The notes beneath the pieces were generated by a model. It made no database searches, had not been told where the DNA came from, and saw only the letters and a list, made by a program, of their open reading frames with translations. DNA of 64,000 nucleotides from Kudoa neothunni (taxonomy: Eukaryota > Animalia > Cnidaria), in the NCBI GenBank assembly GCA_964304625.1, contig OZ199839.1, positions 9,965,201-10,029,200 on the forward strand, in the 5' to 3' direction. The stretch's first letter is position 1, and each line of letters begins with the position of its first letter. Of the stretch, positions 28,268 through 42,205 are shown one piece after another. A program made the position numbers and the translations under genes.

Positions 28268-31200
28268 TTATATCTGATAAGTGTCATCCTTCGAATATTT
28301 GTACCTCACGAAAGCTGTCACAGCAATTATGATAACAATCACACCAATGGCCACTGGAATTATTATTCTAAAAAAAATTATTCACTTAAAATATACAATA
28401 GTACTTTAATTTCTTTTTAACGCTAAATAAATTTATTAATGAAAAGTATAAAAATAATTACGATTCGGACTTTTTCGACAGAGGCCTCAAAATTGGTTGT
28501 GGCTGAATCAGACGTTTCGGTAGTTACAGTTTGTGACTGCGAAACTATTGTAGATTCAGAAATATTGATTTCTACAGTTTCTCTGTCAATTTCAGATTCT
28601 AATTTAAAAAAAGGAATAAATAATATGAAGATAAAATAAAATCATAGTTTAATTTTTAATTAGATATATTGAAAATATAACTCCATTAAACCTAGGAAAC
28701 TATTGATGGATAAGAATTAATTAAAAAATATATTCGAATGCATAATTCATAAAAGTTAACGACCTTTATTAATCAATACACAGTTACAGGAGTATTAAAT
28801 TTACTTTTGAACTTTGATTTGTAGAAATAAATATTTTGATTGGTTTGGTAGTTATCTTCTGATTTTATATAGTCAGTAATCATTTTTACTCATCTTGAAT
28901 AATTATAAAATTTAATGGATTATGTAAAAAAGATAAAAATATTTTTCATAAAATTTAATTAAATATTTTAGAAGCAAATAATATATTAACTTTAATTTTT
29001 GTTTCAACGTACAGTCACGTGACCGCGTATGTAAGTATTTATCATGCACATTTTGTTTGGAAAATTGATTGATTGAAATAAATAAATGTTAAATTGTACT
29101 CATAAGCATCAAAAATTACAACGAAATATAATTCAGTGAAATAAAGTGACAACATTATTTTTTAGGATAAGCCAAATCTGTTTCTATAAGGGATTTTAAT
29201 ATATTCGCCTTGGGTAGCATATTAAAAAATGAAGAAAAATTTTAAAGCTCAATAAATACATGATAAACGTCAAAATTTATTTTAATTAAATAAGTTATAC
29301 AATAAACATCGATTAATCATATTAGCTTCGTTTAGTGAAGAATATTTTGTAAAAATTGAACTCTGAGTTAAATAATGTAATAGTTTAAATTTAAAACCGA
29401 AAAACAATGATTTACCTTATTTTATATCATTAAATAATTTTAAATAGCGATATGCTTTACTGTAAACTTACCCTAAAAATTTGCTAAGACCGGACATTTT
29501 GAGGGGGGCACAGTTTATAGCAACCCTTAAGGGATTCCACAAGACCTGTTATTTATTGCATTAAATAAAGTAAATAAATGATACTTTCGATCTACGAAAA
29601 ATTAAAGGATATAATAAAACATAAGTTTTGATATATTCGCCATTATATGTGATAAATATATGAGTGTAATTACCTAAAAGTATGATCAAATTGATTTCAC
29701 TAATTAAAACAATCAGTTAAAAAACCAATTACCATTAAATATACTCATAGTTACTAACAAAACCTATTTTTTTTAAACAAAATATATTGTAAAAAATTAC
29801 GACTATAAATACTATATTATTTTTTAATGATATAAAAAATAAACTACATTCATATCTTTCGATAAATCATAGTTTTCTCAGTTCAAAATCAATATTATAA
29901 TCCATAACGTAAATTAAAGTTAATTATACTTTAAACATTCTAAATGTATAAAATAATTGAAACTTATATCTAAATAATTAAAATTTTATTTTTAACTTTT
30001 GTGAATTCCGAAATCGACTTTAACCTCTAACGATACTGAGGTCGAAGATATTGAGGTCGAATCGACCGCGAAGTAGAATTTAATATCGTATAACTTTTCT
30101 CACTTGATTCCAATGTTCTCTAATTCAAGCTATTCTTTTAAATATATTCTTCAATGTAACTGAGGAAAATTGAATGATTTAGGGTTGTTTATACAGCCTA
30201 AATTTGAAGGATACCCTCTAACGATGATTTGATCATTTGATAATTTGTGGTCGATGCGAACCCATCCTTTTATTTCATCATTTTGTACGTATGTTTCATT
30301 AAATTCTTTTTTGTGAGATATTAAAAAAATTATTGGCAGAATTCTAAGGAAAATCAAGATTAATCCTAGTATTAATCTTACGCAACCTCATCGAACATTG
30401 CTTGTGCACAATTTCGACGATCGATTGCACTAGATAAAATAAAATATTTTTCCCTTCAATTTTAATTTAATACCAGAATAATACATATGGATTCTAATTT
30501 TAATATTTTATTCTATAACGACTAGTCTTCTGGTAGTGAATATTAGGATGTTATAATTGAGGATCTCTCAAGAAACTGACAACGACGATAGGGGCATATG
30601 CGATAATTCATTTATTAGCTGATATGGGTTAGTTTAGAATCTTAAAAATGATATACATCAAGGACGAGCGCAGAAAATATATTTTTTAATTTCTCGCCGC
30701 GCTCACCAATGTATACGACGTTGAGAGTAAAATCAATTATTGAATGTTGTTGTTTGCGGATTGAGTAATCGCCATTTTTGAAATGACCATTCAGTTAGAG
30801 GTTGAATTAAGTGCTTAACATTTTAAAAAAATTAAACCAAGAGCAATCATATATCGTGTTGATAGTGTTATGTTATGGATGAACGTTGCAATGCGTTATT
30901 TTTTTAAGTGCACAAAGCCATAAAGCTACATTTTATGTTTGTTTTAATTTAGCTAAAATTTTAATAACTAGAATCATTAAATTAATGAGTATAGATAAAT
31001 TTAATTTCAGAATGTAACCGCCGTTTCCTTAGTATGTAATATTAACAATACGTAGCGAAGTTGTCTGAATCAGTACTTTTACGGATTATCGATGATTATG
31101 GGGTTAGTAAAATTTAATTTACTCAAAACTTCCTCAAAAGACTTCTTACATATTATATAAACTGAAACAAAATATGTTTTAGTAAAGAAAAATAAAATAA

Positions 31201-33883
31201 AAATGTGGGGTCGATTCGACCCCAAATGATCGTAGGAAGTAAGTCGTTTTTATGATAGTTAAAGGATTAAACTACGTAATGATAGACGCAAACAATTAAT
31301 TAAGTTATTTTAAAATATATTCACTTACTGACTATTGTAGACGAATTTATAGAGAGGTCATCCACGTAAAATATAGTCAAATTGTATTCGAGAGAGTCAT
31401 CAACACGTTGAATGATAAAGGATTTGCAAGTTGGAACGCCACCTCTGCAAAATATTATATTATTCTGGAAACATTGCTTAACCATAACATCTTTTTGGCC
31501 GTTGTTGGTTGACAACTGGAAGTAACATTTAGGATTGAGATGTTGAAATCGATGAGGTACTAGAGCTATGACATTTATCTGGTTACTACTCAAAGTGGCT
31601 GTTATGTTTATATTTGTGTCTATTATAATATAATATATTTTTATATATTATTCCAATAGAAAATCAAACTGATAAATTATTTTTATACTACCCTTTGGTA
31701 TGAATATGCATTTGGTTTCGGACAACTCCTCAAGTGGTTTTACGCAAACAACATACTCATGTGAATAATGGTAGTTATCTGAAAATTCAAACATATCACA
31801 TGGTGGTGGTGTTGGGCATGAGACTCTTGATTCTTCTAAATCTATTACGTAGCTGTGAGCGGAATGGTTTTTCGGTGTTAAAACTTTATCATCATCAATG
31901 CAGTTATATATCAGCTGAAATAAACCATCTTGTTCAACAAAAACATTATGGTGACATTTATGAGATGATGCTGTTGTGTAACGAAACTTTCCGTGGATTA
32001 GAATTGATTTTTTATTGTAGTTGTATTGACATTCGAGTTGTAGAGAACCATCAACTAAATAGTTAAATACACATAAGATGATCTAATTGGAGATTTTCGA
32101 AGTACTCCGCATTATTATATCGTTAAAATCCTTGTGAACATCAATTTTTATTTTATAATTAACTATTGGATTAACATTTGTGATTGTGTACTCATTATTG
32201 CAAGTCCCTCGACAAGAAAGTAGATTTTCGCACGTAGCTTCGTAGAATAGGTCATTATCCATTAGACTCATATAATACACACATGTGTAGTCGAGTTGTT
32301 TGTTTTCAAATTTTTCAAAATTCCCCCGGAACTTCAAATTATTTTTATTGTTTTTTGGCAATAAAACTATTTTGTCATCACCATCATATCCATCTATTTT
32401 TAAAACTATAATATAATAAAAACGTAATAGAGTTGCGACCTGTGCGGAAAAATATAGTTTCTACATGATATAATTTATCTGATTTAAATAATTTGATATT
32501 CATTATATAAGATGATCCTGGCTGTAAATCATCGTATTTTATCCATATACATGAACTACCGCAGTCATTTTCATTATCCTGACAAACAACCTTATGTGTC
32601 TCAACTTTTTTATTTGGGGAATCTCCTCGATATAGCTGTGAAAGGCACTTGTCGTATTCGAAACCTGAGATAATTCGATGTTGGTTGAATATTGACTTAT
32701 CAAATTCGACACTATTTTTTTTCGTTTGCAAGCCCAAACTATCATTTGAGCCATTGGTTGTATTAAATACTAAATTGTGTATAAATGTGATGATATATCA
32801 AAACTAGTAATACCAAATTTTTTAGCAATATGCCCAGAGTTAAGGTCTTCCAATTCATGATATCTTGTTTTTACAATTATTTGAATAGTGGGGTAGAAAT
32901 CAAAATAAAGACCAACATCCTCGCAAGGAGCGTAGCATTGTCTTTGTAGTCCATTTCCTCCACAATCCGATTTATATTCAAAAGATATATAGGTATCCAC
33001 AAGTCCATCCCCTATTGTAAAATGGCAAATTTCGGCCGAAAAAGAATTTTTAAACGATAGAATATATATGTTTCCTTTGGATGTTGATTTGCTCAGCACG
33101 CTATATTGAGGCATGTACTTTGGTATGTTTGATTTCATGTATTTATTGGGCATGTGATAGATGTAACTAGGCAGTTCAGGACATATAATTTTGAAAAGTG
33201 ATATGTGATCATAAAAATGTATGGTTATAGTGTCTACGAACCCTTCTGTATCATGCGTTTCAGTTTTTGTCATCCGTATTTTATCATCCTTATAATATAC
33301 ACTACAATTGACATCTCGAAAAGATTTTGCCGAAACAAAAATATCAGAATCAACCGTATTAACTGTTATTTGTGGTGTGATCAAGTGCACTAAGTTTTTT
33401 ATATTTATTTAAACTTCAAAATATCCATAATGTGTACCTTGTTGAAATCCAATTATATAATTTCTTTTTTTCGAAGGTTCCTCAGGAATTTTCTCAATCG
33501 TAACCAAAGCATAGAGAGATTGTTTGGAACGATAATCATAAGAAAATTGTATTTGATTACCACAGAGAAAATCACAATGGTCCGGCGAAGCTAAAACGTC
33601 CTCGATAGAGCATACTTCTCCGGTTTGTATAATATTTTCTGGAATAAGTATGGTAGTTGTGCATTTTTCATTTCTTGAAATGGACGTATTCAGAGTGAAT
33701 CTCGTTGTTTTCACGTTAGGAAGAATTTCATAATAAAATAACCTGCCCGCGGAAGAATGAATATCTCCTGGTGCAAACGCAGTCCAAGCTGTAAATTTAG
33801 TATTTAATTGTATATATTAATTTTTAAATCTTACAGGCGACAATCCAAAAAATCAGAGAATCCAATTCATTTATACATTTCAT
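28268..33883 (-). CDS. Surface-protein paralogue D (long stalk; apparent 1-nt frameshift just before the TM exons)
   Basis: ATG at 33883 (MKCINELDSLIFWIVA|SWTAFA). Six open domain exons over 33.8-31.3 kb, then a 2730-nt intron, stalk exon 28598-28462, micro-exon 28422-28405 and TM exon 28367-28268 (IIIPVAIGVIVIIIAVTAFV-RYKYSKDDTYQI*). The stalk exon is 137 nt where 136 is needed to keep frame. Confidence 0.78.
30024..31239. mobile_element. Degenerate piggyBac-like element in the long intron of paralogue D
   Basis: Left TTAA|CCTCTAACGAT (like the 20726 terminus) is followed by GAGGTCGAATCGACC. The right end GGGGTCGATTCGACCCCAAATGATCGTAGGAAG|TAA is an imperfect inversion. No convincing transposase remnant. 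Confidence 0.55.
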
Positions 33884-34551
33884 GTTTAATTATTGTGACA
33901 ATAACTGATGGATAAATCTTAATATTTAATCCAAGATTTATTAGGATTAATGTAATTAATGGATAATTAGAATATAGTTATAAATTCCGAATATTATTTT
34001 CATTGTCGAATTAATTTTTTTTTAAATTTTACTTTTAAAATAATAACAACTTAAAATTTTATATTTTTACATATATATTTTAATGTGGTAATTAAAGTTT
34101 ATCATTAAAAATATAATAGTAATGCATAAATTGATTATGATTTTATAGTAATATTTTTATTATTTATTTAGTTTTATAACAATTACTTATAATATTTATT
34201 ACTTGAATAAGAGACTGTATAAATTATATTAAAATGTATTTATTTAAAATAATATTAATTTTAATTATTATATAATATAATTAATTTCTACTATGGGCTC
34301 GTTTTAAATCTTATTTAATGATTATATAATAATATTATATATAAAAACATTTCATAAATTATTTATAACAACTTCTGCAAACTAAAAATTAATAATATAC
34401 AAAATTTGTGACGAATATTTTAATAATTGTTTGATTAAATAAATATAATCGATGAATAAGAATATTTTCGAAATAGCTTAAAATTATAAATGAAATTTAA
34501 ACAATTTTTATATCATTTTAAATCTTAAATATTTAAACAGTTTTATTACTA

Positions 34552-36368
34552 CAGCGGGTAACCGATTTTACGTACCAACCCGGCGTACACGCACAAAACA
34601 AAAAAATGATTTTTATATTTATTAAAATTATCTTTAATTTTTACACAATAATGATTCATTTTTAATGTAGTTTCTATAGCATCGAAGAAAACTCTGTTAT
34701 TTTCAATTGTCGTAAATTTTTCAATGATGTTTCATAAATCTTTTCTTCAATTTTACACAATAAATTGTATTTTCTATTACCACTGGTTTTGATATGTGTT
34801 TTTAATTTTGCATTCAATCAATACCTTTTTTTGATGAAACTTTAATGGATGTTATCTTTATCTCATCGTCATCGATAACCTTCTTAGTTGATTACATAAC
34901 GTCTTTATTTTCTTTAATATCATCTATTAAATCTTTCATAATCTCCTATTCGAGTATCATTTCGTCAATTTCGTCCTTTATTTTTGCATGCATATCTGAT
35001 AACTTCGTGGTTCATTCCGGGCTTAAAGTTAAGTCATCTTGATTAAAGAATGCTTTATGAAGAAAAGTGACTATGACTGTTTACATTACTTTCCCCTAAG
35101 GCATTATAATAAGCATGAGTGAATCGAGCATATTTGGAAGAATCACATAAAAGTCATTCTCTATTCATGAAATTTACCTATGAACGCTAGTGTTTTTGTA
35201 GTAAAATTTAAAAGATCATATAATGCCCCGATCCATTTGCTGTGGTAAGGTTGACATATTTTTGAGGAAAAGGACGATTTTGATATCTCATAAATTACAT
35301 TGAGTATGATAAGACGCGTTTTTCATGACCAATGAGAACTTTTCATTCTTACGTTTAAAATATTTGTTGGGATAATGAAATATTTTTTGAATAGAATTAT
35401 AGAAATTTAAGTTTTTCAATATTTTATAGACTAAAGTTAACGAGACAAAGATCTTAAAACTGCTGGGTTTGGCGAACCGACCAATAATAAGCAGGTACAG
35501 TTTTTCTCCTGTAATCTAAGCATCAAACAGTACCATAACTCCGTTTTTTTAATTTTGTATGTGCATCTCTAGTTGATTCGTTTAGCATTACAAAAATTTT
35601 TCCTAAACTAGAATGTTAAACAATTTGTTATAACATTAATACGATGCTTCTGCTGAAAGAAGAGTAATGTTTTGTCAACATTATATACACGACCTGGTGA
35701 ATACTTTTTTGTAATATCATATAATGTAGTTTTCCATTCTTCAATTATTTTGTTATCGACAGTGTCAGACTCGCCTTAGAGGTTGACTTTTTTCAAATTG
35801 GATCGAGACTTGCGACATTTAAAACTACCTATGTTTTCTATAATTTATTTCTGTTAGATTCTACCACTTTGTTATATTTTAAATAATATCGTTGGTTTTT
35901 AGTTAATCATTATTCGATCTTATTAAATTCATATAATCTTAAACATAGACATCTGTTGTAAAATCTTTCCTTTTTGTTAAATTCCTTCACTTCAAGTTGG
36001 CGAAACCAGATTCATATTACGAGGTAACTTTATTCTTTTTGTATTTCATAAAGAGAATATAATTTGAAAATCCTTAATTGATGATTGTATTTGTTGTTGC
36101 ATTTTTAGGGGGGAGTTACAAAGAATTTCACTATTTCATATTTTTCTTTAAATGCTCTATGCCTCTCGTTATCAGTAAACATATCTAGTGATTGCGTAAA
36201 ATACATAGTGACCGACTTTACGTATCTTGGCATTATTTGATATTAAATAAAACTTTTTTGCTTGTAAAATGGAAAATATTCATTATAATAAACCTTAGAA
36301 TATACATATTAAGTATGAATCTCAAAAAATTATTTTTTTTTAAAGTACGTAAAATCGGTTGTCAACTG
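34552..36368 (-). mobile_element. pogo/Tigger DNA transposon, pseudogenised
   Basis: TA|CAGCGGGTAACCGATTTTACGTAC ... GTACGTAAAATCGGTTGTCAACTG|TA. Minus-strand remnants GEKLYLLIIGRFAKPSSFK, LVMKNASYH and IVLFLKNMSTLPQQMDRGII are pogo DDD-domain motifs. Confidence 0.88.
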
Positions 36369-39300
36369 TATTAAAATTACATACAATTTGAATTTTGTTT
36401 ATTTTTAAATAAATAATTTAACAATAATTCTAAGACTTTTAATTCTGTTCGCTGAAGTGAATAATGGGAACGGAACAGTATAATATTTATATGTATGATT
36501 GGATTATGTATTACAATAAGATGGGGTCCGTGATAAGTGCATTAAACAAATTAGGGTTTCGCGAGGAAAAAAGGGGAAGAACCACTGGTTTAGAGTGAGA
36601 TATAATGAATTAGGGAATTCAAATGGTGTAGCGAATATGCACGATGACTCAATACACCAGGAGTCTTCCAAACTCAACATACAATTTTATAATTCTGAAT
36701 AATTGGTAAATAATTAGAATAAACAAGAATTTTTTTCGAGTATTCTTCTATTTAGTTTTAAAAGATAATTACCGATATTGGAGAATAAAATTACCTAGAT
36801 AATATAATTGGATTTTAAATAAATAATTTCAATGAACATAATTAACTTGAAATTATTTAATCGTATAGAAAAGATTATAACAAAAATGATTTTTTAATCA
36901 CGAGACGTAACAAATTATGCCAACACCTTCCTATTAGAGATAATTCTTTACGTTACATTTATTTTCATTATTTTATAATTATTATTGTTGTCATTAAAAT
37001 ATTGATGTTAATGTCACTTTAATACATAAGTAATGCCATAGACGTTAGATTTCTCTTGAAAAGAGTGAGCATGATATTTTGGAAAGGTCATAATTAGGGG
37101 TCGCCGTTTCAGCAGTAATTTTAAAAAAGTTAGACGATCAAAATCAAAGCTTATTTCGGTTGGTTCACAAGTTCGTAAGCGCAAGTTTAAGAACCTTAAA
37201 TATAAAAAAATTGAAAAAAAAAACACACAAACTTTTCTTATCATATAATGACAACGGAGGAACACCGAAAAAAAAAGGAAACTAAATTTATCTCTATTTT
37301 TCATTTTTGCGATCTCTAAAAAATGATATGCAAAGAAATGTCTTGAAGTGCGCTTTTAAACGAAAATTTTTTCATTGACATTATTTTCTCGTAAGTTCTA
37401 TTTCGTCGCAGAGATAATTTCACTTTGCAATATTTGCAGGCGACTTCATTTTCCATCTTCTCTAAGTCGATTCTTTCGTATAGAAAACTATCGATTACTC
37501 TCCGTTTATTTCCAATTTCAAATATTTCCACAAACTTAGAATGTTACCCAAAAATAAACGTCGAAACTATTCTAATAATTAGACGATTAAAATCAATTTT
37601 TATCAAAAACGGCGTACTAAGTCATAATGCATTGAATTATTGTTTATTAGCGCATATATTGACATTAATTATTATTTTTGAACCAATATTCAAATTTTTC
37701 GTTGTCTTTAACGAAACTCTTATTATTTTAGAATTATTTGAAATCCGTGAATTTCACTTGGTCTTCAAAATGCTTAAATAAATACAAAATTTTAAATTAA
37801 TAATAATTTTGAATTAGCCAAGATTAAATAGGATTTGATTGGAAATTGTTATGAACTCATAAATTGGAAACTTTTGAATATCTCTAAATAAAACCATTCT
37901 TGTAGGATCATGGTGGTGATATTACTCTTTCGGAGAGATAAAGGTTTTTTTATAGACATCACATTAGGGATACAAAGTTTCTAGTTAATACTTTTTCCAA
38001 TAAACGTTTAATTAGCTGAAACCATGAAACAAAGCAAATAAGTGAATATTTTAGATAAATTTTTTTCAACAACGAGAACAAGTAATGGTTCAGGGAATGA
38101 ACGACACGTAATGCTAATTAATCAGAAAATTCTGTTTTTGTTAATCAAAAACCTATTAAGTAATGTAAGTAATCAAGTAAGTTTTTAACTTATAAATTTT
38201 ATATTTAGAGGCCTATCATATATATATATATATATAAATATATACGGAATTTTTACATAAAAATATTATAACTCTAAGGTATTTCAGGATGAATTTAGTT
38301 GACCAAGATTTTACTACTTTGTTATTAAATAAATTCGACAAATCGAAAATATTTCATATCTAGTATAAATAAGTTAATTCCATAAATTTCGCAATAAGGG
38401 AAAATATAAAATTCTTACATTTATTGTAAACCAGTTTACAGGCCTAAAATTTCTTTTTTAGATTCGTTACCACTTCTGGCATTTGATAATATTCAAAAAT
38501 CTTAAAATTAATTAAAAAATTCAGATCTATCAAAACCGCATGTGATATAAATATACAATATAATTCATCTTCAATCTAAATGAAAAAATTCATGTTTATT
38601 CATTAACAATAAGACTTTCATTAATTAAATCTAAATTTCAAATTATTTGTTAGAGAAAAAATAACACTATCCGTTTGAAGATTATCACGTAAAATCTCAA
38701 CATTATTTTGTTGAATCTGCTTACTGAAATCAAACTATACATGACTAATAAAATGAGTCTTAAATAATTGAAAAGTATATATATATAGTATTTTTATATG
38801 GGATTTGTTTTTTACTTTTAAATTAAAATTTGGTTGTTAATTCTTCATTGTTATATGAAAAAGTAATAATTCTATTTTTAACATATTTTTTAAATGATAT
38901 TTACCTTTTATATAAAAAATATTAATATTAAAAAAAATTTTGTAACTAGAAATAACTAATTTTTTACGTGTATTCATATTTTAATATCTATAAGAATATG
39001 TCAATATAGATTCATTTAAACAAATGAGTTAGTGGTTATTATTATGCATTTTGACACATTATCAAATTTAATTATTTCAAATTAGGAGAAATCGTGGGTG
39101 TCGATATTAAAATTAATGTATATGAATTATTTACTGTTTCAAAATTATTTTTATGGTAGGTGCTCCAGAAAGCTGGGACAACTATAACGTTTTATTTTAA
39201 GCTTTAAAATGGAACTCATTTTTTGATAAATATTGGCTTTGATATACATTTTTTGTTTTAAAATGGATTATGTAAACATTATAGGATTCTTGGAATATTT

Positions 39301-40635
39301 TACAACCAGGTTGTAAACGTTGGCGGTACTTTATTAACATAGCTTAAGTTTCCATGCCCGAAAAGTTGTTTCTAACAAATTATGGATTAAGTAGGTTAAA
39401 TTATTTTTAATGAGAAAATTTTGAAGGAGCGTTGAATTATTTGAATTGTCCTAAGACCTGGATGAATTCATCGCGAGTGATTTCAAATGTTTTGACTTAG
39501 ATTTATAATAATATGTAATTAGAAACATATTAAATTTAATATTAAAAATTTGTAAGCAATCATCAATAAGATCTCTCTCCTCTTTTAACTACTCTAATTA
39601 TATAACGTTTAATAATGAAAACGGCATTATTTTTCATTTGAGAAACTATAATTTTATAGTTAAAATATTTCAGTGTTCAAAACAAAATATGCTTGGGAAT
39701 TTAAAGTTTTGTTTTGAAATGAGAAACATTTAAAAGTAATTGGAAATTTGGTGGATTTAGCATTACGACATAAGCGAACACGCAAATTTCATATAAAATG
39801 AATTTTCGCCAAAAATTAATGACATAATTTATACTTTAGACTCGATTTTAACGCGTAAATTTTATTCTGTAAAATATTTTATGTTTATTGCATTATTTAT
39901 GATCTTTAAATAATATTATGAATTAATAAACTTTTTTCATAAATCTCTTTGTCTAAAAATTCATTTCATTAGTTATTTATGCATAGTTTAAATATATCAT
40001 TTTGAGAATCTACACCATGTGCATATAAATATGGCTACATTCGACATACTATTGATATGCGAATAGATAAAAGTACAAATCTTTTTTTTTTGTTTAAAAT
40101 GATTTTAACTTTTTTAATTAATTTAGTAATTAATTATTAAGACCTCATTTATAACAGGCTATATTAAAATTACTATATAATGAAATTAACGAAATATGTT
40201 ACGGTAAACCTCTCACTATTTTTCTATTGCAACGTTACATAATAAATATAATAAATGATTGTATTACAATGACTTTTTATAAGTGCGAAGAGATCCTTAA
40301 TTATTGAGTAGTTCGTATTATTATATTTTATATCAATTTATTCATTCAGAATTAATAGATGAAATGTCAAATAAAATGAACCGTCTATATAATTTGAATT
40401 TTTAATGGTAAGTTAAATTATTTTTATGTATCATCGGAGTTTTCTCATACTTAAACTAATATTGAAGAATCTGCAGTCTTATTCGTTATTGTTTTTTCAC
40501 ATCGAAAGGTTAAACGATTCATTGATAATAATAGTGCGATCCCGATTAAGAACCAAACAATGAATTAAATAATTGACGAATTAACTGATACAACTATAAT
40601 CTATCTTTTCTATATAGAAGGTTATTAACCTAAAT

Positions 40636-42205
40636 ATGAAGTTTTACTTATCTGTCTTCATCTATATTATTTCAACTTTCATACCTATTTCATATCTCGC
40701 TGGTTACTCAACTATATAAAAACTTCATTCTCATTAACTTTAGTAGAGACAAAATATAATTTTGAGGATACAAAGAACTATAGAATTCCATTTAGATCAT
40801 ATCCAATAAGATATTATCTTGATAAAACGACAGCTACATGCAAAAAATTTGAGTACAGAGGAGCTGGTGGGATTAACTTCAATAATTTCGCGTCGTTAGA
40901 AGAATGCAACAAAGAATGTACTCTTAGACTTTATAATCTACATCTATAATTATTTAGTTGAATATGACTACGCTAGTCGAGTTGATGTTTGCACAGATTC
41001 TAATACCCCCAAGGTTGACCTTGAAAACGATGGGAGCACTACATTCAACGTTTGCACGAAAACCGCAACCGAGAGATATTATTTCCAAAAACCTGATAGT
41101 AGTACAGGAGAATGCAAAAAGTATAATTATAAGGGATGTAATGAGCCAAAGTATTCGTTTCCAAGCGAAAAAGCATGCAAGGGCATGTGCTTAAGTAGAT
41201 TTGTATTCATTTTTCTTGTATGAAAATCAAATTTAGCAACTGATACATCCTACAAAATACCTAACAATGTTGACTGCGAAGTGGGTGCAATTTTAACTTC
41301 AAATACGGCTACTGCAACAGAAATTAAGATCGTACGCGATAAGGAAAAATCCACATGTGTACACGCGATCGTTGACCAAAAAGCAGGGCTACGTGGAGTC
41401 TTCAGTTCTTTTACTCAGTGTCAACAAACATGTCATGGTAATTCTAAAAAGAAAAATATTTCATTTCAATACATGAATTTAGCTGATGAAACAGCAATTA
41501 AAAGATGCAAATCTGACCCTTACCAACCAACAACCGAAGGACATATAACAATCAAATATTACTATAATTCTAAAAACCAACTGTGTATGCAAATGCTAGC
41601 TGTTGATATTGAAGTAGATTCAACCAAAAATTATTTCGATACAGCAGGAGAATGTATTAGCGCCTGTCCTGCTCGTATGTATCTTTTTTTTTGTTATTTG
41701 TAATTATAATTTAATATTCTAAGTTAACGATAATGATACAGTTGGTACCTTGCCGGATATGCCCACTGTATGTAGTGAATCAAAAGAACCTGGTAACGGA
41801 AATGAAGCAAGCACGTTGCCAAGATGGTATTATGATGATACACAAAAAGCGTGTAAAAGATTTGCATATACTGGAATTGGTGGAAACGCGAATAACTTTG
41901 AAAGCGAAGCTCTTTGCAATTACATTTGCATCGAAGGAGTAAATGAAATTACTTTACCCGAACCAACAACTACTCAAACAACTACAACCGAAACTACTCC
42001 AACTCCTACAAGTAACGACGATTCTGCATCAAACTCTTCAGACGGCCAATCTGACCCACCAGATGGTGATGGTGATGATGATGGTAATGTCGATGAGGAT
42101 GTTGAAGATGATGATTCCCAGAAAAATGAAGCTACAGCAAGTGATCCCCCAGCTGAAAGAGAGGAGGGACTCGAGCAACCGCCTAGCGACCAACATACAA
42201 CCTAA
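40636..42205 (+). CDS. Secreted five-domain Kunitz/BPTI-like protein with Thr-rich and acidic tail, 450 aa
   Basis: Exons 40636-40702, 40744-40917, 40958-41194, 41237-41437, 41483-41674 and 41724-42205 total 1353 nt, with all phase-1 GT-AG introns of 40-49 nt. Signal peptide MKFYLSVFIYIISTFIPISYLA. Kunitz signatures include RYYLDKTTATCKKFEYRGAGGINFNNFASLEEC and RWYYDDTQKACKRFAYTGIGGNANNFESEALCNYIC. Confidence 0.9.

Noticed and set aside
28800-28860. Possible additional small exon of D (AG|AAGATAACTACCAAACCAATC...AAAA|GTAAAT; one frame reads ITTKPI, like C's stalk)
   Set aside because: The TTKPI frame is not the one compatible with phase-1 splicing. It cannot be distinguished from chance and does not repair the D frameshift.
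37014-37781. ORFs with CKYC, possibly a Merlin N-terminal zinc-ribbon remnant
   Set aside because: There is only one CxxC, with no catalytic motifs or termini to support a call.
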